Part shown: positions 51,227-64,000 of the stretch, piece by piece
How positions within the stretch are numbered: position 1 is the stretch's first letter
Layout of the letters: every line of letters begins with the position of its first letter
Assembly (NCBI GenBank): GCA_951406725.2
Contig: OX597814.1
Coordinates: 214,830,001-214,894,000, forward strand
Direction of reading: 5' to 3'
Length of the DNA: 64,000 bases
From: Octopus vulgaris
Lineage: Eukaryota
Translations under genes and position numbers: made by a program
The notes under the pieces: generated by a model
What the model was told of the DNA's origin: nothing
What the model saw: only the letters and a program-made list of their open reading frames with translations
Databases searched by the model: none

Positions 51227-52815
51227 CACCAAATAAGAGTTGTAGTGGAAGGTAGATGAGCAAAGTGCTACACGTATGGTATCTTCGAACATTAGAGAGT
51301 TTTCACTTTCTTCAAGCAAGTAGGGTAAAAACTCCTTACTGCCAACAGAAACCAAAACCACAGGTAAGAAAGTGAAGGTGATCACTATGATCTTTTCCGA
51401 AACAGGACTCCTCACAGGACTGTTATCCATTCCAAAATAACACCAACATAAATGACACAAATACACGCAAATACATCGACCAGCCTCAGACTCTATTTTT
51501 TTTAATTCACTGAAGCAGGGGGAAGGCCAAAGTATGGTATGCCGTGATAAGAGCCAATAGAAAAATAAATGATCGCCCATCATGCAACAAAACAGAACAT
51601 TTGGTACAACTTTATTGAACGTGGAAGAATGTCATCCACAAACACAACCGTTAAGATCAATAAAAACAACCAAACTCAGCACAACCAGAACAACAACAGA
51701 AGCAGCAACAACAATAACAACAACAGCAAAAATAGTAAGAAAACACTCAAACTCAACAATAGCAGCGATACCCTCAACCACATTAACAACCACATAAATG
51801 ACATCTAAACAATTTCCAAAGAAAAGAAACAACTCAATATCATAAATTTTCAAACTTCGCTGTTGTAAACAAGTGCAACAAGAAACTGGGGGTTTACATA
51901 ATATAACATACAAGCGGAGTGCAGAGGACTTTGAGAAGATTACATTCAAGTCTCCATCAAATAAATGTTTGCTGAGGATACCGACAAACGTTTACATGCC
52001 ATTATTGAATAGCAAGTTCCTAAATCCAAGGCAAAAGCAGACGGTCTTCTGGATGAATCAAGGAACTCTGTCGACAAGAACATCGTGTCACAATACAGTG
52101 ATCTTCCTCCCCACTTTTCTTCCTAGCATGAATGAATTTGAAGTCAGAAATATAAATGTATGTAATCTGGGGTCAACTTGGAGGTAAGTTTACTTGCTCA
52201 ATTAGGACATTAGATATAGATATGTGTGGTAGCCATCAACAAGACCAAGATTTTTGGAATGCTTGCCTTTGCACTCACCTTTGACAACTAAAAGACAGTT
52301 AGTGTGGATTGTGAGGAGGGAAGGTAATGTTGTTTATAAAGGTTTCGATTTTAAGTCACAGTCAATCTTCTTGGACTGGGACGGTGGGTCGTTGATGTTA
52401 GGTTTGAAGAGCAGTGGTGGCATCACTTATTGACAAGTGAACGTCTATAGGGAAGAGTAACGTAATTTTTTCCAAGCATTTAGAAACTTTTGGGAAAGCG
52501 CCCCACTCTTTAATACTTCTGGGAAACAGGAATGCCATTTTAGATGCACAGTGGGATCGTATGGGACTAAGTGATAGGTGAAGAGGTAGAAAAAGTAGTC
52601 TCACAAGCCTGCTCAGATTGTTCCTATTGTTAGAAAGATGCCGACTAAATTTTCCGAATGATCAGTATGGACATGGAGATACTACACAATTTTCAACGCT
52701 GATAATTTGTATATACGGTATTGTTAGGTTAGCGAGCTATGTTAGTGTAAGGAGTCCATAATTCCAATCGGTCGGCCAAACAAACCACAAGTTTGCAAAC
52801 TATATGGTCGACCTA

Positions 52816-53046
52816 GGCGGCGAGCTGGCAGAAACGTTTACACGCCGGGTGACGTGCGTAGCCGTATTTCGTCTGTCGTTACGTTCCGAGTTCAAATTCC
52901 GCCGAGGTCGACTTTGCCTTTCATCCTTTCGGGGTCGATAAATTAAGTACCAGTTATGCACTGGGGTCGATGTAATCGACTTAATCCGTTTGTCTGTCCT
53001 TGTTTGTCCCCTCTGTGTTTAGCCCCTTGTGGGTAGTAAAGAAATA
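52816..53046 (+). mobile_element. SINE family B, young tail
   Basis: TSD TATATGGTCGACCTA. Confidence 0.92.
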
Positions 53047-53659
53047 TATATGGTCGACCTAGATAATAGATATAACTGGGACTATGACAATTGGGTGCTG
53101 ACCGCGTCTTATCTTACGCACAAAGCCTACAATAACCGAGTTTCGGTCGATGGTGGGGTGACCGAAGCAACCAGTGGGTGATCCTACAGAGAGCGATTAG
53201 AGTAGAATCAATAACTTTAGCAAATAGTAGTGATATAGAAAAATAAATTATCGGAAGAATTAGTGAACAAATTTGATATTGCGTCGAAGGCGGGCGCGTG
53301 CTACTCGACTTCAATCAGATGTGTGCGGCTTTCCTGCGGCCTTTTGTTCTACAGTTCGTGGCGAGTGTTAGACTATATACAGCGCAAAACTTTAATGTCT
53401 GCAGCGGTTGTCTGTGGAAGTTACGAAAAACCGAGAAAGTATATTAGCAACAGCATCCATATCGTAGAGAGGGAGAGTAAAAAAAAAACAAAAAAACTAG
53501 CTTCGGCGTGGCTCTGAAAAATTTGGATCAATCAAAAGTCTTTTATAGTGTCGGCCATCGCTAGGTAACGTCTGTCCCAAGACAGCAGCTGGATAGCTTC
53601 AATATACAACGGCGTTTGTTTGGGAGTCAGGTTAAATTGAAACATATCAAGAATATGAT

Positions 53660-54323
53660 ATCAAGAAATCCTCTTGCGAGCGTGACCTAGGCATGACTGT
53701 CAGCAGTGATTTGCGTTGGACAAAGCATATCTCTAAAATTGTCAAGAAGGCCGAGGGTGTCTTGGCATCACTCAGCAAGACTTTTGTTAGCCGCTCTCCA
53801 GCCATCTATTTAAAGCTGTATACAGCTATGGTACGACCACACTTGGAATTCGCATCATCAGTTTGGAACCCCTATCTTGCTCAGAACATTGACCTCCTGG
53901 AATCTGTCCAGAGACGTGCAACCAAACGCATACCCTCCATCAGACACCTACCATATTCTGAGCGCCTTGTTTCCCTGGGCATGGATTCATTGAAGCCCCG
54001 GCGTCTGGCGACGGACTTGGTAAACACACACAAAGTTATCAACCACCTCACCAACAACAACACTGAACACCTTTTTGATCTCCATGTGTCTAACACACGT
54101 GGACATGCCTACAAAGTCAGAAAACAACACAGCTCCCATGACTTTCGGAAACATGTTTTCACGCTCAGAGTTGCTGAAGCATGGAACAAACTGCCTGCGT
54201 CAGCTGTTGACTGCCATGACACTGCATCCTTTAAGGCCTTCATGCTTTCCGAAATCCGCCGAAACTACACCTGATTATATATACACTTTAGATGAGTTGT
54301 AGTGCACCTGAGCACTGTACACA

Positions 54324-54402
<79 letters not shown>
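53660..54402 (+). mobile_element. CR1-group LINE 3' fragment with open ORF2 C-terminus and (ATT)n tail
   Basis: ERDLG..LYTAMVRPHLEFASSVWNP..LESVQRRATK..TRGH..RVAEAWNKLP; 5' truncated. Confidence 0.92.
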
Positions 54403-54405
<3 letters not shown>

Positions 54406-56245
54406 CGGAACCGTTTCCAATTACACTGAATGCCTTCTCTTTTTTTATCCTGACTCTTGGACAATTACTATGGAAACTGGGACTCTTGAGATGAGGGACA
54501 TTCCGTTTGCGCTGGAATGTAAGAGAACCGTGGCTAGCATATGCAGATGACGTCGCCGAAATCGTGTCGGACACCATAGAAGATGAGACGAGTGGCACCA
54601 TTATAAGTAAATAGCCGGTGACAGGAGCAAAAAACCGAAAATGTCATCTGGCTTGTAGCTGAACACCCGGAGAAGCAATTGCATGCCGTTGTACAGCAGA
54701 GAGGCATTGGATGGACGGACCGGACCCGTTAAATTACTAGAAGTTTGGTTCAATTCAAACCATTAATGGGGGAAAATAGGATAAAAATTTCAAGAGAGGT
54801 GGCCTATGTAATCCAGAAATTGGTTGGAAGGAAGCTATCCCTGAAAGGTCGAGCACTTGTGATGGACATCGTCACCATTACATCGTCTCCATTACAGTTC
54901 ATCGTCTCCATTACAATTTACTGCGTGACTACCACACTGTGCCATACTTTCCCCTCTACATTAAGAGTTTAAGTCATGCTAGGTTTTACATTGGTCTATC
55001 TCTATAGGTTTTTAAAATGATTACCAGTTGTAAGACTGGGATAGATTTAATGCACGATACTTCTTTCATACGTGTAGTTATTTGCCAAAGTAAGAAATCA
55101 TTGATTACTGTGTTATATACCGTGTGTTAGCTTTAATTGCTGTTAATGCTATTCTGCTAGTTCACGGAAACAGTGACAATCTCGTTTCCTGATTTTAGCT
55201 ATTTCGCTTCCCTTAACACAAGAAATAATAAACAAAAGAAGTACATCATACTATCCTTTTTATCCATTCCACTGCTGTATCAAATGATTTAATCCGAAGA
55301 GGAAGAACAACGCTCATGACCCTTTTCAAGGTTTCTGAGACTAGTGATATGAAATTATGTTTGCATCAGAGTAGACTTTATCAAAGGCCCCGAAGAAGCC
55401 ACACTTCTGTTGCATAGCTTGACCTAGATGCATACTTGATGTGAAGTAACATTTTTCTAAACGCAAAATATATAATTAATTATATATTATATAAAGCATG
55501 CTGGCATTTCTTGACCTGTTATGTACTGCTGAAGGCAACTACGAGTTAGATACATCTATTTTGCAAAACTGCCAGGAAAATATCAGTCTCTAATATCCGC
55601 ATTCTTATTTCATTGATCTCTCTGTTGTATTTGGAATAAAACACAACGCAACGATTATTTTTATTAAGAGTTATATTCAATATTCATTCATACTTTTCTT
55701 TTTCTAACATCTCTCTCTCTCCTTCTATGTAAATGCATCCACATATATTCACATACATATTTATATATGCACGCATTGCATTAATACATTCATTGCAAAT
55801 TATACATCGCACGCACACAGTTGAGTTGTATGCGTGCGATGTACAACCAGTTAAAAAGAGTTAAAAAGAAAAAAAAATATTTATAGTTTGAGCTATTTTC
55901 ATACACCAGCCAATCTTATTCATTCATACCTTCTGTCTGGGTCAGATTCATATCTTCAAAAAAACAAAAAACAAACAAAACACAAACACCAAAGACAAGA
56001 CATTAACACACCTATCACTTAATTTGTTATGAGACGTCAATTTTAGTCATGCTTTAAACTGAATAGATACAACATTATTAGCACCAATAACAACATAATT
56101 TTCTTATTAGCTATTGTCTATAAAAAATTATATTCCTTATGATATATTATAAGAATTTCCTTTTGTTAAACCCAAATTAATTAATTATGATGTGTATTAT
56201 TACAATAGGTAAATATTATTATTTTACATAATTAAGCTGTAATTC

Positions 56246-56276
<31 letters not shown>

Positions 56277-56284
56277 TTAATGAT

Positions 56285-56427
56285 CTCAAATTTTGGCACA
56301 AGGCCAGCAAATTTTTAGGAGAAGTAGTGAGTCAATTGCATCGAACCCAGCGTTCAACTGGTACTTATTTTATCAACTCCGAAAAGATGAAAGACAAAGT
56401 CGACCTCTGCGGAATTTGAACTCAGGA
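56285..56427 (-). mobile_element. SINE family B fragment
   Basis: Reverse-complement B body. Confidence 0.75.
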
Positions 56428-56429
56428 AT

Positions 56430-56495
<66 letters not shown>

Positions 56496-56511
56496 ATAAT
56501 AATAATAATAA

Positions 56512-56795
56512 TATATCTTGTGATCATAATATCTCGGCAAAAAAGAAAAAAGAATTTGATAAGCTTAGAAAATATAGAGATTTGCTGATTGAAATCGAAA
56601 AAAAAAAAAAGCGGCATCTCAAGACGGTTACAATACCAGTAATTGTAGGAGCACTTGGAATGACAAAAAAACAAACAAACAAAAGGAACTGAAAATTATT
56701 TGAGGTTGATCCTTGGCATATCATCCATGCATAAAATACAAAAAATTGTCTTAACTTGTACATCACACATATTGAGAAAAGCATTGTCGATGTGA
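56512..56795 (+). pseudogene. R4/Dong-like REL endonuclease 3' fragment
   Basis: EFDKLRKYRDLLIEIEK..HLKTVTIPVIVGALGM; follows an (AAT)n run. Confidence 0.75.
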
Positions 56796-57078
56796 ATTTT
56801 CTCTTTTTTCTTTCCCCCCTTATTTTGTTTTATTCTTTTATTCTTTTATTCGTTTCAGCCATACGGCTTCGGTCATGCTGGAGCACCACCGTTTTCTTTT
56901 TTCCAATTTATCTCATTTTTTCCTTCTTTCCTCTCTCTTTCTTCCATTTTTTTCTATCATATGACTTTTGTAAATGAACAATCTGGTGTGCTTATTTTAA
57001 TGGCCTTTCAATGTATACAGTGATGTTTATTTGTCCTAGGTGTTGGGAAGACACTCGGCAAGAAATTGAAAGTAGAAG

Positions 57079-57130
<52 letters not shown>

Positions 57131-57384
57131 GAAGAAGAAGAAGAAGAAAAATAAGAACAACAACAATTGTTTCAAAATTTGAACAAGTCCAGCAACGTGA
57201 CAGGTACTTTATATTATGGACCACAAAATGATGAAAGGCAAAGCTGACCTCGACGGTGTTTAACTCAGAATGTGAAGAGCAGGAACAAATACTGCAAAGC
57301 GTTTCTCCGATACTACCAATTCTCTAAGCTTACAGTCCTAGTAATAATAATAATAATAATAAGAAGAAGAAGAATAATTATAAG

Positions 57385-59940
57385 TAGAGAAGAAATATGA
57401 AATACGGAAGAACGGGTCTGATGCAGTAACAGAGCAGTTAAAACAGAAGATAATGGCAAAAAGCCAGAAGATCAGAAGATTTGTGAACAGAAATAAGCAG
57501 TTCAAAGAGATAAGATTGTTCAAAAATAACCCGAAGCAATTCTTCCGAACGTTAGAAGGAGACAATGGGGAAAATGTTGTTCCTGATGCAAATCAGGAGT
57601 TCTGGAACAGATTATGGGGAAACAATGTGGTGCATAAAAGGGATGCAATGTGGAGAGGAACTATCAAGACAGAATTACAAAGAGGAAAAAAACAAAGGGA
57701 TATTGTCGTAAGAACGGGAGATGTGAAAGAACATGTGGGTAAAGTGCCTAACTGGAAGACCCCCGGACCAGATGGCTTTCATGGCTTTTGGCTGAAGAGA
57801 TGCCACGTGGTGCATGAAAGACTAACAGCCCAATTGAATGAATGTGTCCAGAAAGGTACAGTCTCCGCGAGGAACGTGATTGGGAGGACAACACTTATAA
57901 TAGATAGAAAGGGAATATTGTGGGAAACTACCGTTCTATAGCATGCCTAAACATAATCTGGAAAATACTCACCGGAATATGTGCGGCAAAGACATAAACT
58001 TTCCTGGCACATGAAGAAATACTGTCAAGGGAATAAAAAGGATGTAGGAAGAGTTCTCAGGGTACTAAGATTCACCTGGTCACAGATAAAACAGTTTTGA
58101 GGCATTGTAAGAAACATCATACAAACATATCTATGGCTTGGATTGACTTTAAGAAGGCATATGATATGATGCCTCATTCTTGGATCGTTGAATACCTGCA
58201 GATGTTTGGTGTTCATGCTATGCATCACAAATTTTCTGATGCATAGTATGAAAGAGTGGAAAACCAAATTGTACTCAAGTAATGTATTCCACGGAGAAGT
58301 TAATATTAAAAGGGGAATCTTCCAAGGTGACTCGTTTTCTCCGTTACTATTTGTAATTGCACTAATATCCATGACAATGACACTTTGGAAAGTTAAGATG
58401 AGTTATCGATGTGGGAAGAAAGGCCCATCATTGCACCCTCTTCTGTTTATGGATGACCTGAAATTGTTTGGGAAATCTGAAAAACAGATAGATTCCTTAA
58501 CCAAAAACAGTCCAGAAGTGTGGTAGGAACATCGGTATGGAATTTAGGATTACCAAATGCTCAGTACTTAATATGAAAAGAAAGCATCCTGCAGAGGACT
58601 GTAGTTACCAACAGGAGAGACCATGGGTGAACCCGACGGTAGTGGGTATAGATATTTCAGAATTTTGGAGCTTGATGACATTCTACACAGAGAAATGAAA
58701 GTCAAGGTCAGCGAGGCATGTCAAAGAAGGGTGAAGATGATGTTGAAATCCAACCTGAATGCCAAAAATTTGATTACCGCAATGAATATCTGGGAAGTTG
58801 CAGTTGTCAGATATAGTGCGTCCATCCCCAAATGGACTAAGGAAGAAATATCAACACTGGATAGAAGGACGAGAAAACTGATGACGCTGCATGAGGTGCT
58901 ACACCCTAAATCAAACGTAAACAGACCGTATATAAAAAGAAAGAATGGTGGCAGAGGACTAATTAGTGAAGACCATTGTATAAGGAGTGAAAGGAGAACG
59001 CTTACCGAGTATTTGATACATAGTGATGAAGAGATGAAGACCTGCTGCAATATGTCGCGAAAGCTATGTATGTAGATGCAGATGAAATGATGGGCAAGGG
59101 AGAGTTTAACCAAAGAGTTGAGGAGAAAAGACCGTCTTGAGATGAGAATACATGGATAGTTTGAAAGGAATACACAGGACGTTAAGGATAATGCAACATC
59201 GTAGGCATGGCTCGAGCGAGATGATTTGAAGTGTTCTACCGAAAGCCTGATCATTGCTGCACAAGACCAGGCTCACGCTACTAATAACATCTATAAAACT
59301 TCTGACACCCAGAAATGAAGACTCTGTGGAAAGAGTGAGGAAAATGTGACCCACTTGGTAAATGGAATACAAGCGCTGGCACGATAAAATGTGTGTGTAT
59401 CTTCATTGGCTTATACAGTAAATACCAATATGAAATAACAGAGAGTTAGTATGAACATGTACCAAGTAAAGTCATGCAGGCGGATGGAAAAGTAACGATA
59501 CTCTGGGATTATGATTTTCAGACAGATCGTGTAATCGAACACCGTCGGCCGGATATTGTCATATTGAGTAAGAGAGAGACAAATTCTGTCAGATTATTGA
59601 TGTAGCCATACTAAATGACATGAATGTTGTGAGTGAAGAGGTTGAAAAAAATCACCAAGTACTCCGAATTGAAAGTGGAAATGGCAAGACTGTATGGAAT
59701 GCGAGAGGGTAATGTAAAAGTGATACCAGGGGTGATCGGAGCGTTGGGCTCAATCCCATTGAAACTTCAAGACTTCTTAAAGCAACTGGAAATCCCATGC
59801 AAGATTGATGTCGTGCAAAAAGCAACCTTATTGGGCACAGCGCACATCTTAAGGAAAGTATTATCTGTCTGAGGTCCTTGTTGTGACTTGACAGAAGACT
59901 AAAGATTCCGGTGCATTTTTACCTACACTGTGTTACGAAG

Positions 59941-59941
<1 letters not shown>
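57385..59941 (+). mobile_element. R4/Dong-clade non-LTR retrotransposon, 5' truncated and frameshifted
   Basis: WKTPGPDGFHGFWLK, AWIDFKKAYD, GIFQGDSFSPLLF, LLFMDDLKLF, GGRGL, DFQTDRVIEHRRPDIVI, IIDVAI, VIPGVIGALG; (AAT)n on both sides. Confidence 0.92.
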
Positions 59942-60002
<61 letters not shown>

Positions 60003-60221
60003 TTTGTATCACATGGAGATATTTCTCTACCCCCCCAAGCTTAATGTTTGTATTACATGGAGATATTTCTCTACTTCCCCTCCCTAAGCTTTCAACTATA
60101 TTTCAACAACTCTTAACCTTCACTTGCCCTAGGGCGTTGGGTGTGCCCCGGCAAGTGATTGCATCAAACATGCAGATTAAAAGTAAATGACAATGATAAT
60201 AATAATAATAACAATAATAAT

Positions 60222-60267
<46 letters not shown>

Positions 60268-60682
60268 GTAATAATAATAATAATAATGATAATAGTAATA
60301 TCAATCTGTTATTAACATGTACACTGTGGTAGCCTAGGAATTCCGACACGCTCTGATGTTGACTCATCTGCAGAAATATTTAGATTACTGTGATGGTGTC
60401 TACGACGACGACGACGAAAACGTTATAAGAAGTAGTGCGGTCGTCTTTAGTGCGACACGTCTTTCCGCAGCTCGCTAGTGTAAGATCAAAGCCACCCCTT
60501 CAGAAACACTAAAAGTACATTAACATTGAATACAGAAAATTAACTGCAGAGTATGTGAAAATGAAGAAGGAAACAACCACATTGCTGTTGGTCACAAAAG
60601 AATCCATCCACAAATATGACGGAGTTGGGACTGAGATGCATTGGAAGGTATAAAATACCAACAGTAACCAGAGAGTGTAGGC

Positions 60683-61029
60683 CAGGGGTTCTCAACCATC
60701 TATTATCTAGAGACCCCTTTGATTACTATTTTATTCTAGTGGACCCCATAGTCTTTCGATGTTTAAAAACTAGTTTTATAGATATTTCTTTCAAAATTTC
60801 TATTTTGTTTTTCATACACTAACTTGTGTAGATTGAACTATGTAAAATGTTAGAGAAAGAAACCTAGCTATTTCTTGCAATACATGCCAATACATACATC
60901 TAAAGCAAAATTTTTCAAGGGCCCTTAAAATACTATTGTGGATCCCCAATTTACTATTTTGTTGCGTAGACCTCCAGAAATCTTATATGGGCCATCAGGG
61001 GTCATTTGGACCAAGATTGAGATCCGCTG
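60683..61029. mobile_element. hAT-superfamily MITE
   Basis: TIR CAGGGGTTCTCAACC / GATTGAGATCCGCTG; perfect 8-bp TSD GTGTAGGC (60675-82 and 61030-37). Confidence 0.88.
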
Positions 61030-61194
61030 GTGTAGGCATACACCATAAAGGTCTTTCAAGAATAACAAAATGATAATACTCTAGGATTTGCCAATACACA
61101 CATAATAGGGAGATTAAGGCTGATCGATCAGTTATTGTTGTGCAAGGCTATCTGGGGAAAATGCCTCCTAGTTAATATTTCAGTTCCAACCAAT

Positions 61195-61538
61195 GATAAT
61201 GTGTTTTAAAAGAGATCGAAAAATCCTTTTAACGTAAAGATCTGGAAATAGAGAAAACATAAACATGGGAGCTGAAAACAAAAGCAATCCAAATAATAAT
61301 CGATGCTTTTGGAATGATAATAATGAGAATATGAGACAAATACATAATCAAGACTCCAGAGCTTACAAATATACACAACACAGAAACTTGCACTGATAAG
61401 CGCCATACACATATTGTGTAGAACAGTAAAAATAACAAATCCAAAATAAGATACCGCGCGCATCCAAAGCACGGAGAGCTGTGTTCGGTGGTGAAGTGAA
61501 AACTCGTAATAAATATAAAACTACTGAACAATAATAAT
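61195..61538 (+). pseudogene. R4/Dong-like REL endonuclease 3' fragment
   Basis: LKEIEKSF*RKDLEIEKT*TWELKTKAIQIIIDAFGMI..IHILCRTV, then a short UTR ending AATAATAAT. Confidence 0.7.
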
Positions 61539-62901
61539 TTCTCTTAGCGACACTGTACAAAGACGAAATAGAAGAGAAAGCAATGGACAAAATCAGCGAG
61601 ATGAGACTTATAAAACATACCGACACATTAATAAATCGATTACTATAGCAATAGCAGAATAGAACAAGACAAGAAAAAAAAAAAAAGAAAACTGCAAAGA
61701 GAATCCCTCAAATGACATGGGACAATTATATAGGGATTTGAGACACTTTGCATAATCCTGCATTAATCCGACGTACAAAAGGCAAGTGTTTTTCCCCAAA
61801 TCTTACCGCTAGTCAAATAATTTATGCTGGCTCATTTACTGCTGTTCTTCTCCAGGTCTTATCATGGCACGAAATTAAGATAATCTCAAAACAATGTTGC
61901 AATACTGCTCGATCCAAGTCATCTACAAGAGACGTACACCTCGTTAACGCTTAAAAGTAGCGTAACTTACTGCGTGGCGGCAACCTTGGCTTCGCTAATG
62001 GCTACTATATATTTACTGACTTGAAGTCGTTAACGAAGAAAACTTGCTTCCAGGCCGACTTCAGGTCTCGTGCATTTAAGCAACCAATTCTTTATACGGC
62101 CATGTTGAGCGGAAAAATGTTGAGTGCAACAGATTACTTGCCTTGACCTAGAAAAAGAATGATTCGGTACAATAAGTAGAAGAAGGTGTTCTTGGGAACC
62201 TTAAAAAATTTCTTAGTTTTTAAAAAAAAATTACCTTGTTATGCGGGTATTTTTACTGTAAATTCCAATAGACGTCTGGTATTGTTTGCACTAGAAATCT
62301 TTTGGCCGTTTTTTTTAGGATGACTTTCTCAAACCTTTTCTATTTTTTTTAAAACACATCCACCAAGAGGCTATTGTTTCTTCGTACGATAGTGAAAATG
62401 AAAACAAGTTGTTGAATGTTTGGTTGTTAGTGTTACTTCCATTGTTGTTCTTGTTCTAATTGTTTTCCTGTTGTGGTTGTTTTCTTTGCGGTAGCTTTGG
62501 TGGTGGGTTTTTGATGTTTCGTTAAACATTTCGGCTTTTAATTTTGGGTAATTGTTATAGTCTTTTTTTCTTCCTCTTCGTCTCACCACAACTTCTTGCC
62601 ATAGACACTTACTTTTGTTCTTTTCACTTGACGAAGTGTTGGAGGCGATGTTGGAGAGCAGGTGTGTGTGCATAAACTGAAACATCGAAAACTACCTTTT
62701 GTTCTTCCACCACAATTCTCATCAGTTCACTATTCTTTAAATAAATAAACTCAAGGACCCTTACTAGATTCGAAAGGGGCATGTGCACCTCTCTGAAGTT
62801 CCGACCAATTTTAGTTGGAGATCGATCTCGATTCAATTATCTTCTCATGTTTCTCCAGCATGATTGCTAGGAAACTCACGTAAGCAGTCAGAACAAATAC
62901 C

Positions 62902-63134
62902 TATTTCTTTATTACCCACAAGGGGCTAAACATAGAGGGGACAAACAAGGACAGACATAGGTATTAAGTCGATTACATCGACCCCAGTGCGTAACTGGTA
63001 CTTAATTTATCGACCCCGAAAGGATGAAAGGCAAAGTCGACCTCAGCGGAATTTGAACTCACAACGTTGCGCCAGACAAAATACCGCTAAGCATTTCGCC
63101 CGGCACGCTAACGTTTCTGCCAGCTCGCCGCCTT
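62902..63134 (-). mobile_element. Young SINE family B inserted into an old SINE-B head
   Basis: 14-mer TCAGAACAAATA(C/T)C at 62888, 63137 and 63151; old head at 63151-63208. Confidence 0.88.
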
Positions 63135-63208
63135 TCTCAGAACAAATATCTCAGAACAAATACCACAACGCATTTTTTCCGACGATCTAATGCTTCTGCC
63201 AGCTTACC

Positions 63209-63624
63209 TATTTCTTTACTACCTAGTAGGGGCTAAACATAGAGTGGACAAACAAGGACAGACAAACGGATGAAGTCGATTATATCGACCCCAGTGCGTA
63301 ACTGGTACTTACCTAATCGACCCCGAAAGGATGAAAGGCAAAGTCGACCTCGCCGGAATTTGAACTCACAACGTAACGGCAGACGAAATACCTATTTCTT
63401 TACTACTCACAGGGAGCTAAACACAGAGAGAACAAACAAGGACAGACAAACGAATTAAGTCGATTATATCGACCCCAGTGCGTAACTGGTACTTAATTTA
63501 TCGACCCCCGAAAGGATGAAAGGCAAAGTCGACCTCGGCAGAGTTTGATCTCAACGTAACGGCAGACGAAATATCGCAAAGCATTTCGCCCGGCGTGCTA
63601 ACGCTTCTGCCAGCTCACCGCCTT
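63209..63624 (-). mobile_element. SINE family B dimer
   Basis: Junction at 63392/3 identical to the other multimers. Confidence 0.88.
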
Positions 63625-64000
63625 AATGATGATGATGATGAAAAAAATAACAAAAGCAGCAGCAGTAGCAACAACAACAACAACGATGACAACAACAACA
63701 ATCCTTTCATTTATTTTATTACAGAGCCTCATTCATGCATATAAAAAGGAGTGACAGGGATATGTGAGAATGATCATATATAGTTATATAAAATTATGAT
63801 GTGTGGTAGAATTTGCACAAATAATATATAATATAGTATAGTAAAGGACGCACGAATCAAATAAGAATAATCCCCCCATACACAAATCAGAAACTTGCAG
63901 AGTTTTTCATCATGACACGTAACGATCCTGTCCAACATCTAAAAACTATGCATTTTAAGAGACTTTTGAGTATTGGAATATTTTTTTAAAAATAGTCATA

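Larger units (their letters stand above)
52200..54880 (+). pseudogene. Fragmented L1/Tx1-clade LINE ORF2 (AP endonuclease to RT), interrupted by younger insertions
   Basis: Motifs in the expected order: LILLGNRNAILD (GDFN-like, ~52510), VGQTNHKF (SDH-like, ~52770), NWVLTASYL, QWVILQRAIRVESI, AYADDV (~54537), RKLSLKGRALV (~54830). Confidence 0.7.

Noticed and set aside
53693-54274. 193-aa ORF as a host gene
   Set aside because: It is the C-terminus of a 5'-truncated CR1 ORF2.
59998-60092. ~44-bp local tandem duplication
   Set aside because: Ordinary slippage duplication next to a LINE tail.
62371-62860. Minus-strand ORFs with weak resemblance to LINE ORF1
   Set aside because: Too degenerate to assign by eye.

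Overview
AT-rich, repeat-dense metazoan DNA, most likely from an octopus (inferred from the SINE families and microsatellite load; not verified by search). I find no intact host coding exon. Positions ~240-800 are a CpG-rich promoter-like island with YY1, NRF1 and CCAAT motifs, possibly driving a minus-strand transcript that leaves the window. The rest is intergenic or intronic. It holds at least five SINE families, often with clear target-site duplications (TSDs); the family labels A-E are mine. It also holds decayed LINEs (R4/Dong with REL endonuclease, CR1, L1/Tx1), Penelope-like remnants, mariner and Tc1 transposase pseudogenes, hAT and GG-terminal MITEs, non-autonomous Helitrons and long microsatellites. 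Most entries in the ORF track are microsatellite or repeat artefacts. The most interesting signals are: (1) a well-formed type I hammerhead ribozyme at 43054-43135 and a minimal variant at 30587-30622; (2) SINE multimers that share one junction at four loci, apparently from insertion into the SINE's own head; (3) a head-to-tail Helitron array; (4) a ~540-bp non-coding element embedded in (AAT)n; (5) covarying 3' stem-loops and module swapping among the SINEs. Coordinates were counted by eye; edges of decayed elements are approximate.
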